From Spirochaetia bacterium (GTDB taxonomy: Bacteria > Spirochaetota > Spirochaetia > SZUA-6 > Bin103): a stretch of DNA of 64,000 bases. The stretch covers positions 160,001 through 224,000 of the forward strand of contig CBDBOV010000004.1 in the NCBI GenBank assembly GCA_965208575.1. The letters are read 5' to 3'. The position numbers were made by a program, and so were the translations under genes. Shown in pieces: positions 19,542 to 30,613 of this stretch (within the stretch, counting starts at the first letter, position 1; every line of letters starts with the position of its first letter). Under the pieces are notes generated by a model, which saw nothing but the letters and a program-made list of their open reading frames with translations, made no database searches and was not told the origin of the DNA.

Positions 19542-21326
19542 ATGTCGAGTGAAATGGCACTGGCAATACGCCAGCTCATACAGGAGCGTGGAATCTCGGA
19601 AGAACTGGTGTTGCATACCATCGAGGACACCCTCCTGGCGGCGTACAAGCGCAAGTTCGGCACCATCGACAATGCCGTGGTACGCTTTGCCGACGACGGC
19701 GCCGACGTGTCGATCTACGCGCAGAAGAGGATCGTCCCGGCCGACGAAATCGACGATCCGGCACTGGAGATCTCATTGAAGGACGCGTTGGAGTACAACG
19801 ACGATGCCGAGCTCGGCGACGAATTGCTTATCGAAATCAATCCGCGCGACTTCGACCGCGTGTCGATCCAGAGTGCCAAGCAGAAGGCGCGCCAGTCACT
19901 GCGGGAAATACAAAAGGACACGCTGTACTCCGAGTTCAAGGATCGCGAGGGAGAGCTGATCGTAGGCTACTACCAGCGCGAGCGCAACGGCACGATTTTT
20001 GTGGACCTCGGCCGCACCGAGGGCATTCTGCCGCGCCGCTACCAGTCTCCGCGCGAGATCTACCGCGCCAATGACCGGGTCCGGGCGATGATCTACGAAG
20101 TCGAGAAGTCGGCGCTCGGCCTGCAGATCGTGCTTACCCGAACCCATACCGAGTTCGTCAAGAAGATATTCGAGCTGGAAGTACCCGAGATCTACGACCG
20201 CACGATCGAGATTCACAAGATGGTGCGGGAGCCCGGCTACCGCACCAAGATGTCGGTCTATTCGACGCGCGACGATGTCGATCCGGTGGGCGCGTGCGTT
20301 GGCATGCGCGGGGTCCGCATCCAGACCGTGGTGCGCGAACTCGAGGGCGAGAAGATAGACGTTCTGCGCTACGACCCGGACGTGCGTTCGTTCATCACCG
20401 AAGCGTTGAAGCCGGCCGAGGTGGAGCAGGTCATCATCCTGGATGAGGCCAAGCGGCAGGCGTTGGCCGTGGTGCCCGAGAGCCAGTTCTCGCTGGCCAT
20501 CGGCAAGCAGGGACTGAATGTGCGGCTGGCCAACCGCCTGACCGATTGGAGCATCGACGTGCGCACCCGCGTGCAGGTCAACGAGATGAATATCGGGGCC
20601 GAGTCGCAGCGCGCGGCGGCGGCCCTGTTCGGCGACGTGCAGGAGGAAATCACCGACGTCGCCGAGTTGCCCGGCATCGTGCCGCGCGTGGCAGCAGCGT
20701 TGAAGGCGGTGGGCGTCGAACTCCTGGAGACGCTGGTCGCCATGGACGAGCAGCAGTTGCGCGCGGTACCGGAGCTGTCCGACGACGATGTCGGCGACCT
20801 GCTCAAGCTCATCGAGGAGAACGTGGAGATCGTCGACGAGGAGCCGGAGCCGGAAGTCGGCGAGGAGTTCGGCGCGGCCGAGTCGGAGCGTACCGTGCGG
20901 CCGGCGCAGCCGAACAGCGCCAGCGCCGACGTTGCGGCGACGCCAGCGCCTGACGCCGTCCAACCTGTCGTCCCCGACCCACCTGTCGCGGAGGCAGAGG
21001 CGGCGGAGGCGAGTGCTCGGACGTTCGATGCCGGCGAGCGTGTCGACGGCGACGACGGTGATGACATCGATGACATCGATGACGGCGGCGACGCCTACCG
21101 CGTCGTTCTGGCGAGCGAGCTACCCGGTATGCCGGACGCGATCAGTACCGCGCTGCGCACCGCCAGCCTGGACGATGTCGCGGAACTGGTATCGATGAGC
21201 GAACGGCAGCTCGGTCAGATCGCGGGCCTGACCGGCGATGACGTGGCAACATTGCTCCGCGTGATCGAGGAGAACGTGGAAGTGGTGGAGGAAGAGACGG
21301 ACACCGCGGTGGACGAGGTCAAGTAG
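19542..21326 (+). CDS. nusA: Transcription termination factor NusA
   Basis: SD GGGAG; S1 and KH domains, [35 protein letters not shown]; duplicated acidic C-terminal domain. Confidence 0.97.
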   Translation: MSSEMALAIRQLIQERGISEELVLHTIEDTLLAAYKRKFGTIDNAVVRFADDGADVSIYAQKRIVPADEIDDPALEISLKDALEYNDDAELGDELLIEINPRDFDRVSIQSAKQKARQSLREIQKDTLYSEFKDREGELIVGYYQRERNGTIFVDLGRTEGILPRRYQSPREIYRANDRVRAMIYEVEKSALGLQIVLTRTHTEFVKKIFELEVPEIYDRTIEIHKMVREPGYRTKMSVYSTRDDVDPVGACVGMRGVRIQTVVRELEGEKIDVLRYDPDVRSFITEALKPAEVEQVIILDEAKRQALAVVPESQFSLAIGKQGLNVRLANRLTDWSIDVRTRVQVNEMNIGAESQRAAAALFGDVQEEITDVAELPGIVPRVAAALKAVGVELLETLVAMDEQQLRAVPELSDDDVGDLLKLIEENVEIVDEEPEPEVGEEFGAAESERTVRPAQPNSASADVAATPAPDAVQPVVPDPPVAEAEAAEASARTFDAGERVDGDDGDDIDDIDDGGDAYRVVLASELPGMPDAISTALRTASLDDVAELVSMSERQLGQIAGLTGDDVATLLRVIEENVEVVEEETDTAVDEVK

Positions 21327-21471
21327 CGGCACCGGTGGTTGCCGAACCGAATCGCGTGGCGCGATTGACAGGAGTGGTTCGCTTGCCGGATACTCCTGAC
21401 TTGCCCCGGCGGCTGCGGTTGCTACGATACGAATGTAGGATTCGCCCGGCACGGCATTATACTTACTGAGA

Positions 21472-24400
21472 ATGAGCGACGAGAAGAATACGCCATCGCC
21501 CAATCCTTCCACCGAGCGCCCGGACACGGAAGAGAAAAAAGCGCGCCCTCGCGCTACTCTGATCAAGCGCAAGCCAGAGCAGAAGAGAGTTGCGCCAACC
21601 CCGCCGCGTGCCGACGAGCGCCCCGCGGGAGCCGCCCCGGCGTCGCCGGCACGGTCACGGCCCAGCCGCCCCGGCGGCGGAGCAGGTGAGGACCGCCGGC
21701 GTATCGTGGTGGTCAAGAAACAGCGCCGCACCGTGGTGGTGAAGCGCCGGCCGCCCGGAGCGGCGATGGCGAAGCCGGACGCGGGGCAACGCACGCCGCA
21801 ACGCACGGTTGCCGACGCCGAGGCCCCCAAGGCAGGGCCTTCCGCTCCGGCGAGTGCGCCGTCTCCCGCGCCGCGACCGGACGGTGGCGCGCGCGGTGTG
21901 CGGCCGTCTGCTGCGCCGCCAACCGGTACCCGCCCCGCGGGCTCACCGCCGGGGGGAAGGGCGCCGGGTCCGCCCCCCGGTTCACCTTCTCCGCCTGCCA
22001 TACCTTCTTCGCCGCCGCCGCCTCGTGCGGCCGCGCGCCCGGAAGGCCCGCCGCGTCCGCGCCCGGCGACACCGAGGGAACGGCCGGTTCGGCGTGGCCC
22101 GGCCCCGGACCGACCTCCGTTGGCCAGGCGGCCCGGCAGTGGATCCGATACCCCGGTGCGCGGTAACGGCGGCCCGCGAATCGGTTCCACCGGCCGCCGG
22201 TTGACCTCGTCAGCGGATCGAATCCGCGCTACCGAACAGCCGTTGCGGCCGTTGTCCCGCGCCAGCGAGAACGATCAACCGATCCTCGATTTCCGCGATC
22301 GTTTTCCGCGCCGGTCATCGCCCAGGGCGGGCGGTCGCCCCGGTACGCCAACCGGGCGACCGGGCCAGCGGCCGCCGGCAGACCGCGGGCCGCGGCGTCC
22401 GGGAGCCGGCGGGCTGCGCGGCGGTCCGCCCCCTCGGGGCCGATCCACCACCGGCCGCGGCGGTCCGCGCCTTACCATGCCGCGCAGCGGCGGCGCGCCT
22501 CAGGGTCCACCGCCGGATGGCCGCACCGGTGGCAAGAAGTTCTTCCGAACCAGGCGGCGCAGCAGCGTTGGCTACAACATCGGTCCCGAAGAGCATGAGG
22601 AAAAGCTCACCCTCAACCGCAAGAAACCGATTCCGGTCGCCAATCCGGTGCCCAAGGAGATCGACATCCTGGAGGTCATCACCGTCTCCGAACTGGCTCG
22701 CAAGCTCAATCTGAAGGCGTCCGACCTGATCGCCAAGCTGATGGCGATGGGCACCATGGTGACCATCAATCAGCAGATCGACTCCGACACCGCCACGTTG
22801 CTGGCGGAGGAATACGGTTCCAAGGTCAACGTTGTTTCGCTGTTTGACGAGACCGTCATCGAAGAAGATGAGGACACGCCCGATCTCATGCAGTCGCGGC
22901 CTCCCATTGTCACCATCATGGGTCACGTCGATCATGGCAAGACGAAGCTGCTCGATGCGATTCGCGAGACCAATGTTGCCGATGGAGAGGCCGGCGGCAT
23001 CACGCAGCACATCGGCGCCTATTCGGTTGAAACTCCCGGCGGCAGAATCGCCTTTCTCGACACCCCCGGCCACGCGGCGTTCACCGAGATGCGGGCGCGC
23101 GGCGCCCAGCTCACCGACATCGTGGTGCTGGTGGTGGCCGCGGATGACGGGCTCATGCCGCAAACGGTCGAAGCGATCAACCACGCCAAGGCAGCCAAGG
23201 TTCCGATCATCGTTGCCGTCAACAAGATCGATCTGCCCGACGCCAGACCGGAACGCGTGCGCCAGCAGTTGTCCGGCCATGATCTGATCTCGGAAGAGTG
23301 GGGCGGCAATACGCTGTTCAACGAGATTTCCGCGCTGCGCGGCACCGGTATCGACAAGTTGTTGGAGAACATCCTGTTGCAGGCCGAGTTGCTGGAGCTC
23401 AAGGCGAACTACGACGCCCGCGCGGTGGGCCGCGTGGTGGAGTCCGCGGTGGACCTTGGACGCGGCATCGTGGCGACGGTGATGATCCAGAAGGGCACCC
23501 TGCGTACCGGAGACTCGTTTGTCGGAGGGGTGTTCCCGGGCAAGGTGCGCGCCATGTTCACCGACCGCGGCACGCGCGTCAGCGAGGCGGTACCGTCACA
23601 GCCGGTACAGATCGTCGGGCTGACCGGTTTGCCCGATGCCGGCGATCCGTTCCAGGCAACCGACAACGAAAAGACCGCTCGCCAGGTAGGCACCAAACGG
23701 CAGGAGTTGAAGAAAGCCGAAGAAGCTCAGAATGTTACCAAGGTCACCCTCGACAACCTCTACGAGCAGATCAGCGAAGGCGAGGTGGAGGAATTGAAGC
23801 TGATCATCAAGGGCGACGTACACGGATCGGTGGAGGCGCTGCGCAGTGCCCTCGAGCGGCTCAGCACCCGGGAGATCAAGCTTACCGTGATCCACTCGGC
23901 GGCCGGCGCGGTAAACAAGGATGACGTGGCGCTGGCATCCGCTTCCAACGCGATCATCATCGGATTCCACATCCGGGCCACGCCCAACGCGCAGGCGATG
24001 GCCGACCAGGAGAAGGTGGAGATTCGCAAGTACGACATCATCTACGAGGTGATCGACGACATCCGTGCCGCCATGGAGGGCATGCTCGCCCCCGACATCG
24101 TCGAGGACACGGTCGGCCACGTCGAGGTTCGCGAACTGTTCCGCATTTCCCGCGTCGGCACCATTGCCGGCAGCTACGTACAGTCCGGCCGGGTGAGACG
24201 CGGCGCTCTGGCGCAGGTCACCCGCGACGGACGGCCGTTGTATCGCAACCGCATCGTCACCCTGCGTCGCTTCAAGGACGATGTCCGCGAGGTGGAAACG
24301 GGATTCGAATGCGGTATTCGCATCGAAGGGTTCAATGACCTCAAGGTAGGGGACATTCTCGAGGTGATCGAACAGCGTACGGTGGCAAAGAAACTTGGCG

Positions 24401-24483
24401 AGCCCGCCACCAACGGAACGGCAAGCCACGCGGGCCGGGAACGCCGCGCACAACATGTCGGAGCTGCGGCTCAGAAAGGTTGA
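21472..24483 (+). CDS. infB: Translation initiation factor IF-2
   Basis: [44 protein letters not shown]; long Pro/Arg-rich N-terminus. Confidence 0.98.
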   Translation: MSDEKNTPSPNPSTERPDTEEKKARPRATLIKRKPEQKRVAPTPPRADERPAGAAPASPARSRPSRPGGGAGEDRRRIVVVKKQRRTVVVKRRPPGAAMAKPDAGQRTPQRTVADAEAPKAGPSAPASAPSPAPRPDGGARGVRPSAAPPTGTRPAGSPPGGRAPGPPPGSPSPPAIPSSPPPPRAAARPEGPPRPRPATPRERPVRRGPAPDRPPLARRPGSGSDTPVRGNGGPRIGSTGRRLTSSADRIRATEQPLRPLSRASENDQPILDFRDRFPRRSSPRAGGRPGTPTGRPGQRPPADRGPRRPGAGGLRGGPPPRGRSTTGRGGPRLTMPRSGGAPQGPPPDGRTGGKKFFRTRRRSSVGYNIGPEEHEEKLTLNRKKPIPVANPVPKEIDILEVITVSELARKLNLKASDLIAKLMAMGTMVTINQQIDSDTATLLAEEYGSKVNVVSLFDETVIEEDEDTPDLMQSRPPIVTIMGHVDHGKTKLLDAIRETNVADGEAGGITQHIGAYSVETPGGRIAFLDTPGHAAFTEMRARGAQLTDIVVLVVAADDGLMPQTVEAINHAKAAKVPIIVAVNKIDLPDARPERVRQQLSGHDLISEEWGGNTLFNEISALRGTGIDKLLENILLQAELLELKANYDARAVGRVVESAVDLGRGIVATVMIQKGTLRTGDSFVGGVFPGKVRAMFTDRGTRVSEAVPSQPVQIVGLTGLPDAGDPFQATDNEKTARQVGTKRQELKKAEEAQNVTKVTLDNLYEQISEGEVEELKLIIKGDVHGSVEALRSALERLSTREIKLTVIHSAAGAVNKDDVALASASNAIIIGFHIRATPNAQAMADQEKVEIRKYDIIYEVIDDIRAAMEGMLAPDIVEDTVGHVEVRELFRISRVGTIAGSYVQSGRVRRGALAQVTRDGRPLYRNRIVTLRRFKDDVREVETGFECGIRIEGFNDLKVGDILEVIEQRTVAKKLGEPATNGTASHAGRERRAQHVGAAAQKG

Positions 24484-24802
24484 GAGCTTTCTCGCCGCCG
24501 AGATAAGCAGTCTCATCAGCAGCAAGGCTCTCAAGGATCCTCGTGTCGAGTCGCTGGTTACCGTGGCCGGCGTGCGCGTTGCCAAGGACCTCACCTCGGC
24601 GCGCATCTACGTCTCCTACTTCGGCGAGGAAGCGGTGCTCGACAACACCGTGGCGGCCTTGAATCACGCGGCGGGATTCGTGCAGGCGCGCATCGGCCGC
24701 AAACTGCGCATGCGCCACACGCCGAGGCTGCGCTTCATCGCCGACACCTCCATTTCCGATGGGTTCCGCGTCACTCAACAGATCAGGGAAGTCAACGGTT
24801 GA
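24455..24802 (+). CDS. rbfA: Ribosome-binding factor A
   Basis: RLRKVES, KDPRV, DLTSARIYVS, LRMRHTPRLRFIADTSI. Confidence 0.95.
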   Translation: MSELRLRKVESFLAAEISSLISSKALKDPRVESLVTVAGVRVAKDLTSARIYVSYFGEEAVLDNTVAALNHAAGFVQARIGRKLRMRHTPRLRFIADTSISDGFRVTQQIREVNG

Positions 24803-24827
24803 TTCCGGTCCAGCGGCGACGCCGGCC

Positions 24828-25772
24828 GTGGACGGACTGGTGCTGCTGGACAAGCCGCGAGGGGTCACCAGCTTTCAGTGCCTCGGCCGGATCAAGCGAG
24901 TGCTCGGAACGCGGCGCGTTGGACATGTCGGCACACTCGATCCGTTCGCCAGCGGCCTGCTCGGCGCCGTTACCGGACGTGCCACGCGTCTTGCCGGCCT
25001 CCTGAGTGGACTCGACAAGTGCTATCTGGCCACCATCCGGTTCGGCCGTGAAACCGACACGCTCGATCCCGAGGGTGCGGTGGTCGGTCGGGCTCCGGTA
25101 CCGGAGTTGGACGCCATCCGGCGCGTACTGCCGGCGCTGACCGGCCGCTTGCGCCAGCGGCCGCCCGCCTTTTCCGCCATCCGGATAGCCGGCCGGCGCG
25201 CCTACACGATGGCGCGGCGCGGCGAGGCTCCCGTTCTCCCGTTGCGCGAAGTTACCGTGACGGCAGCCGAGCCGATTGACTGGCAGCCGCCCGACCTGAC
25301 TGTGAAGCTGACCTGCAGTGCGGGGACCTACGTTCGTTCCTGGGCGCGCGACCTCGGCTCGGCTGCCGCGTCGCGCGCCTACGTCGTGCAACTGCGGCGC
25401 TTGTCGATCGGCCCGTTCAGCAGCGACAACTCGGTGGCGCCGTGCGACTTTGCCTGTGACCATGTGCAGCCTCCGGCGGCGTTCCTGTGCCGCCTGCCGG
25501 GCGTGAGCACGGTGCGGGTCAAGCCACGGTTTCGCCGCTCCGTGGTGCACGGTCAGCCGCTGGCCGGCCACTTTTTCGCGAGCGATCCGGATGCGGACGC
25601 CGACTATTGCGCGGTCCTGGATGACGACGACTGTCTGCTTGCCGTGTTGCGCCGGCGCTCCGCCCGCGGTCCCGCCCGCCCGGCGTCCGTCGTCGAACAC
25701 GCCCCGGACGCCCCGGACGGCCCCGCGGCGAGCATCGGCTGGAGTTACGCAGGTGTGTTCTGCGACCATTAG
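24828..25772 (+). CDS. truB: tRNA pseudouridine(55) synthase TruB (start GTG 24828 or ACG 24795)
   Basis: GLVLLDKPRGVTS, VGHVGTLDPFASG, TDTLDPEG, QRPPAFSAIRIAGRRAY, CSAGTYVRS. Confidence 0.95.
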   Translation: MDGLVLLDKPRGVTSFQCLGRIKRVLGTRRVGHVGTLDPFASGLLGAVTGRATRLAGLLSGLDKCYLATIRFGRETDTLDPEGAVVGRAPVPELDAIRRVLPALTGRLRQRPPAFSAIRIAGRRAYTMARRGEAPVLPLREVTVTAAEPIDWQPPDLTVKLTCSAGTYVRSWARDLGSAAASRAYVVQLRRLSIGPFSSDNSVAPCDFACDHVQPPAAFLCRLPGVSTVRVKPRFRRSVVHGQPLAGHFFASDPDADADYCAVLDDDDCLLAVLRRRSARGPARPASVVEHAPDAPDGPAASIGWSYAGVFCDH

Positions 25773-25793
25773 CAGCTTGTTGCCGAGTCGCGC

Positions 25794-26684
25794 ATGATCA
25801 CCACTACCTGGTCTGCGCTGACCGGCGGCAGCGCGCCGATCAGCGGTCCGGCCGCCCTCACGATCGGCGCGTTCGATGGCATTCACCTCGGCCACCGCCG
25901 GATTCTGCGTGAACTCCGGTCGCGGGCCGGGCAGCTTCGCCGTGACCACGTGACCGCGCCCGGCTGCGTGGTGCTGACGTTCCGGGAGCATCCGCGCGCC
26001 GTGCTGACCGGACGCCATCCGGGAGTCCTGACCACTCAGCGTCAGCGGCAGGCACAGTTCGCCGCCCTTGGCGTTACCTGTCTGGTCATGATTGACTTTT
26101 CCGCCGGTTTTAGTAGACTAACGGGGCGGGAGTTTGTCGGAGCGTTACGCAGCGGCATGTCTCTCCAGACTTTGGTGGTCGGTGAAGACTTCCGTTGCGG
26201 CCGCGGACGCGACACCGACGTGGAAGAGTTGCAACGGTTGTTGGCTCCCGCCGGGGTCCGCGTGGTAGCAGTTCCCGCGGTTATCGCGGGCGCTTCCGCG
26301 GTAAGCAGCACCAGGATACGCGCTGCTGTGCGGGATGGAGACTTCGCAGTGACCCGAGACTTGATGGGCCGTCCGTTCGAGGTTGATCTGCACACTGCTT
26401 GCGGTAAGATTGCACGTTCCGATTCCGGTCATCCCGGCGAACGCAGTTTCGCCGTTGCGGTGGACCGTATTGAGCAGGTTCTGCCGAAGCCGGGCTCCTA
26501 TGCCGTCTCCGCCGTGTTCCCGGATCGAGACCCGGTGACCACGGTCGTCACGGTCACGACCGATCAGATTTGCGGTACCTTGCCGGAACGGATGCGCGAG
26601 GTTCCGGCGGAACTGCGCTTTCACCGGCGCTTGGAACGGAGTGTGCCCGGTGTCTCCCCGACAGCACACATACAGGAGAAGTAA
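25794..26684 (+). CDS. ribF: FAD synthetase family (RibF-like) protein with degenerate C-terminal kinase domain
   Basis: [35 protein letters not shown]; follows truB. Confidence 0.8.
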   Translation: MITTTWSALTGGSAPISGPAALTIGAFDGIHLGHRRILRELRSRAGQLRRDHVTAPGCVVLTFREHPRAVLTGRHPGVLTTQRQRQAQFAALGVTCLVMIDFSAGFSRLTGREFVGALRSGMSLQTLVVGEDFRCGRGRDTDVEELQRLLAPAGVRVVAVPAVIAGASAVSSTRIRAAVRDGDFAVTRDLMGRPFEVDLHTACGKIARSDSGHPGERSFAVAVDRIEQVLPKPGSYAVSAVFPDRDPVTTVVTVTTDQICGTLPERMREVPAELRFHRRLERSVPGVSPTAHIQEK

Positions 26685-26689
26685 GGAAA

Positions 26690-26971
26690 TTGGCTCTCGA
26701 TTCCCAGGAAGTTAGCGACATCATCACCAGGTTCGGCGCCGACGACAAGGAGCCCGGACGCGACACCGGGCGTACCGAGGTGCAGATCGCACTGCTGACC
26801 AGACGGATTCAGCAGTTGACCGAGCACTTTCGCGATCATCGGAAGGACCATGCGTCGCGGCGCGGTCTGTTGAAGATGGTCGGCAAGCGCCGTCGGCTGC
26901 TGCGCTATCTGCGCAACGCCAGCCCGGAGCGCTACCGCGCCACGCTGGCCGCGCTCGGACTGCGTCGCTGA
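26690..26971 (+). CDS. rpsO: 30S ribosomal protein S15
   Basis: TTG start; [43 protein letters not shown]. Confidence 0.97.
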   Translation: MALDSQEVSDIITRFGADDKEPGRDTGRTEVQIALLTRRIQQLTEHFRDHRKDHASRRGLLKMVGKRRRLLRYLRNASPERYRATLAALGLRR

Positions 26972-27011
26972 ACGCGTCCGTCCGAACGAAACACACAAGG
27001 AAATACCAGGA

Positions 27012-29324
27012 ATGTCACACAGAGTACGCTGCCAGCTCGGCGGCGAGGAACTGATATTGGAAACCGGTCGTCTGGCCAAGCAGGCCAACGGGTCGGTATA
27101 TGCGGAGTACGCCGGATCTGCCGTGCTGGCCACGGTGTGTTGCTCCGCGAAGACCATCGAGGGGCTCGACTACGTGCCGCTGCAGGTGGAGTACAACGAG
27201 AAGGCGTACGCCGCCGGCAAGATCCCCGGCTCGATCTTCAAGCGCGAGGGCCGTCCCAAGGATCGAGAGATCCTGGTGTCGCGGCTCATCGACCGCCCGC
27301 TGCGGCCCCTGTTCAGCAAGGCGTTCAAGCGGGACATACAGGTCGTGCCGACGGTGATTTCGGCCGATCAGGTGAACCCGCCCGATGTCGTGGCGATGGT
27401 TGCCGCGTCCGCGGCGGTCACCGTGTCGGACATCCCGTTCGACGGACCGGTTGGAGCGGTTCGCGTCGCCGACGTGAACGGTGAGCTGGTCGTGAATCCC
27501 ACGTACGAACAGCGTGACGGAGCCGGCCTGGAGATCGTGGTGGCGGGTACCGAAACCGGCATCACCATGGTCGAGGGCGGTGCTGATGAGGCTTCCGAGG
27601 AGCGCATGATCGAGGCGATCAGCCTGGCGCATCAGCATATCCGGGAGCTGTGCTCGCTGCAGTCGGAACTCGCTTCGGCTGTCGGCCGCGCCAAGCTGCC
27701 ACTGCCGCCCGCGGAGACGCCCCTTGCCGTGCACGACGAGCTGTGGGCGTGGGCGCTTCCCAAGATGCAGGAAGCGTGTTTCGTGAAGGGCAAGTTCGAG
27801 CGGTCGAGCGCGATCAAGGAAGTGAGCGGCGCCGCGTTGGCCGAGTTTGCCGACCGCATCGCGGACGACGAAACCGAGCGTGCGCACGGTCTGCTGGAGG
27901 ATCTGGAGACGCACGTGGTGCGCGAGTCGATTCTGGACAAGCAGGTGCGCACCGACGGTCGCGGTCCGGACGACATCCGCCCGATCAGCTGCGAGATCGA
28001 TGTGCTGCCGCGGGCGCACGGGGCGGCCCTGTTCACCCGCGGCGAGACGCAGGCGCTTGCCCTCACCACCTTGGGCAGCGAGAGCGACGAACTACGCGTA
28101 CTGGACGCGCTGGAGACCGACCAGGACACCCGCAAGGGCTTCATGCTGCACTACAACTTCCCGCCGTTCTCGGTCGGTGAGACCGGCCGCCTCGGAACCG
28201 GACGTCGGGAGGTGGGACACGGTCACCTGGCCGAGCGCGCGCTCGAGGGGATGATCCCCGCCAAGGAAGAGTTCCCGTACACGATCCGGCTGGTCTCCGA
28301 AATCCTGGAGTCCAACGGCTCCTCGTCGATGGCATCGGTGTGCGGAGGGACGCTCAGTCTGCTCAACGCCGGCGTGCCGATCAAGAAGTCGGTGGCCGGC
28401 ATCGCGATGGGACTGGTAACCGACGGCTCCCGTCACGTGGTGATAAGCGACATCCTCGGCGAGGAAGATCACCTCGGGGACATGGACTTCAAGGTCGCCG
28501 GCACCACCGACGGCATCACCGCGTTCCAGATGGACATCAAGGTCGCCGGGGTGGACCAATCGGTGCTCGCGCAGGCGTTGGACAAGGCGCGCTCCGGACG
28601 CCTGCAGATACTCAAGATCATGGCGGCCACGATCGACTCGCCGCGCGACGACATCTCCGACCACGCTCCCAAGATCATGTCCACGTCCATCCCGGAGGAC
28701 AAGATCGGCGCGCTGATCGGCCCCGGCGGCGCCAACATCCGCTCGATCACGGAGCAGAGCGGCGCTGACGTGAACATTCGCGACGACGGCACGGTAATGA
28801 TCTACGCGCGGCGCAAGCCGGCCGCCGACAAGGCGCTGCAGTTGATCGAAGCCTCCGTTGAAGAACCCGAAGTCGGCAAGGACTACGATGGCGTCGTGAA
28901 GCGCATCATGGACTTCGGCGCGTTCGTGGAGTTCCTCCCCGGCAAGGAGGGCCTGCTGCACATCTCCAAGATCTCGCGCGAACACGTGGAGTCGGTGTCC
29001 GACGTGCTCGAGCTCGGCCAGGAGGTGAAGGTGCGGCTGATCGAGATCGATCGGCTCGGCCGCGCCAACCTGGCGAATGCGGAAGCGTTCGACAGCGACG
29101 AGATGCCGGTCGGCCGGTTCGCCGATTCGCGTCCGTCGCTCGCCAGCCGCCGCGACGGCGGGCGTTCGCACGACGGCCGCCCGCACCGTGACGGGGGCCG
29201 CCGCGACGGCGGCCGCGGGCGCGACGGTGCGCGCCGTGACGGCGGCCGCGGGCGGCCGCGGTTCGACCGGCCGCGCGGGCCGCGCCGCGGACGCGACACC
29301 GACTACCGCCGGAGCGAGGATTGA
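27012..29324 (+). CDS. pnp: Polyribonucleotide nucleotidyltransferase
   Basis: ETGRLAKQANG, SRLIDRPLRPLF, FTRGETQ, ESNGSSSMAS, EDHLGDMDFKVAG, KH and S1 domains. Confidence 0.98.
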   Translation: MSHRVRCQLGGEELILETGRLAKQANGSVYAEYAGSAVLATVCCSAKTIEGLDYVPLQVEYNEKAYAAGKIPGSIFKREGRPKDREILVSRLIDRPLRPLFSKAFKRDIQVVPTVISADQVNPPDVVAMVAASAAVTVSDIPFDGPVGAVRVADVNGELVVNPTYEQRDGAGLEIVVAGTETGITMVEGGADEASEERMIEAISLAHQHIRELCSLQSELASAVGRAKLPLPPAETPLAVHDELWAWALPKMQEACFVKGKFERSSAIKEVSGAALAEFADRIADDETERAHGLLEDLETHVVRESILDKQVRTDGRGPDDIRPISCEIDVLPRAHGAALFTRGETQALALTTLGSESDELRVLDALETDQDTRKGFMLHYNFPPFSVGETGRLGTGRREVGHGHLAERALEGMIPAKEEFPYTIRLVSEILESNGSSSMASVCGGTLSLLNAGVPIKKSVAGIAMGLVTDGSRHVVISDILGEEDHLGDMDFKVAGTTDGITAFQMDIKVAGVDQSVLAQALDKARSGRLQILKIMAATIDSPRDDISDHAPKIMSTSIPEDKIGALIGPGGANIRSITEQSGADVNIRDDGTVMIYARRKPAADKALQLIEASVEEPEVGKDYDGVVKRIMDFGAFVEFLPGKEGLLHISKISREHVESVSDVLELGQEVKVRLIEIDRLGRANLANAEAFDSDEMPVGRFADSRPSLASRRDGGRSHDGRPHRDGGRRDGGRGRDGARRDGGRGRPRFDRPRGPRRGRDTDYRRSED

Positions 29325-30580
29325 TCGAGCGGGGGACGCTCGCCAACGGCGTCACCCTGCTGTGCGAGCCGGTGGAGAGCACGGAGACGTGCGCCGTCGG
29401 CTTCTGGTTTCCTACCGGTTCGCGCGATGAGCGGCGCCATGAACGCGGGCTTTCGCACTTCCTTGAGCACATGCTGTTCAAGGGCACCGAGCGCCGTTCG
29501 GCCCTGGATATCGCCGTGCAGATCGATCGCGTGGGCGGCAACATCAACGCGTTCACCGACCGCGAGTCGACCTGCTTTTTCTGTACGCTTCCCGCCGCGC
29601 ACGCCGGTCTGGCGGTGGACGTGCTGTGCGACATGGTCAGATCGGCTACCCTGGCCGAGGCGGACATTCAGAAAGAGAAGGTGGTGGTGTGCAATGAGAT
29701 CCGCGCTGCCGACGACTCTCCGGAAGAGCAGGGCTACCAGATGTTCCTGGAGCGAATGTGGGGAACGCATCCTCTCGCGGCCACGGTCGCCGGCATGGAA
29801 CAGGACGTGGCGCGCATCGAAAGGGACGGTCTCGAGGCCTTCTACCGGCACCGGTATCACCCGGGCAATCTGGTGGTAACCGCCGCCGGCAACCTGGACT
29901 TCGATGCCGTGGCGGCGATAGTGAACGAGCGGCTCAGTACAGGCGGCGAACCGGTCGCCGCCGGGAAGCGCGTGCCGCCGGCGCAGCATCGTACCCAGGA
30001 TTACGCCGACAGTCCCTTCCAGCAGGCTCAGATCTACGCCGCTACCACGCTGGCGCCGCCAGCGGCGCCTGCCAACTACTACGCGCTCCTCGTGCTGTCC
30101 ACCGCGTTCGGCGAGTCGATGAGTTCCCGCCTGTTCCAGCGCATCCGCGAGGATGCGGGGCTGTGCTACTCGGTGGAGACGTTTCGCAGTCACTACTCGG
30201 ACGTGTGGAAGTGGGGAATCTACGCCAACGCGCTGCCCGAACTCGCCCCGCGGCTGCTTGCCGCCCTGAACCGGGAACTGCACCGGCTTGCCGACCACCC
30301 GCCGTCGGCGAGCGAGGTGGACGACGCCATCAGTCACCTGACCGGGAGCATGGTGTTCGCCAAGGAGGACATGGAGACGCGCATGAAGCGCATCGCCGGA
30401 CAGTACCAACTGTTCGGAAGCGTCATGGAGTTGGAGCAGACGGCCGACCTGCTGCACTCCGTCACTGCCGAGGATGTCGCAGCGGTTGCGGCACGGTTGG
30501 TGCAGCCCGATCGCTTCAATCTCCTGGTGTACGGCGCGGGGGACTCGAACGGCTCGGGACGGGCAAGGTTCGACTGGTAG
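29321..30580 (+). CDS. M16 family zinc peptidase
   Basis: GSRDE..GLSHFLEHMLFKGT (HxxEH), NAFTDRE, SSRLFQRIRE..GLCYSV; TTGA overlap with pnp. Confidence 0.93.
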   Translation: MIERGTLANGVTLLCEPVESTETCAVGFWFPTGSRDERRHERGLSHFLEHMLFKGTERRSALDIAVQIDRVGGNINAFTDRESTCFFCTLPAAHAGLAVDVLCDMVRSATLAEADIQKEKVVVCNEIRAADDSPEEQGYQMFLERMWGTHPLAATVAGMEQDVARIERDGLEAFYRHRYHPGNLVVTAAGNLDFDAVAAIVNERLSTGGEPVAAGKRVPPAQHRTQDYADSPFQQAQIYAATTLAPPAAPANYYALLVLSTAFGESMSSRLFQRIREDAGLCYSVETFRSHYSDVWKWGIYANALPELAPRLLAALNRELHRLADHPPSASEVDDAISHLTGSMVFAKEDMETRMKRIAGQYQLFGSVMELEQTADLLHSVTAEDVAAVAARLVQPDRFNLLVYGAGDSNGSGRARFDW

Positions 30581-30613
30581 GTTCCGCTGGCTGCCCGTTC
30601 GCACAGCCGCTCC

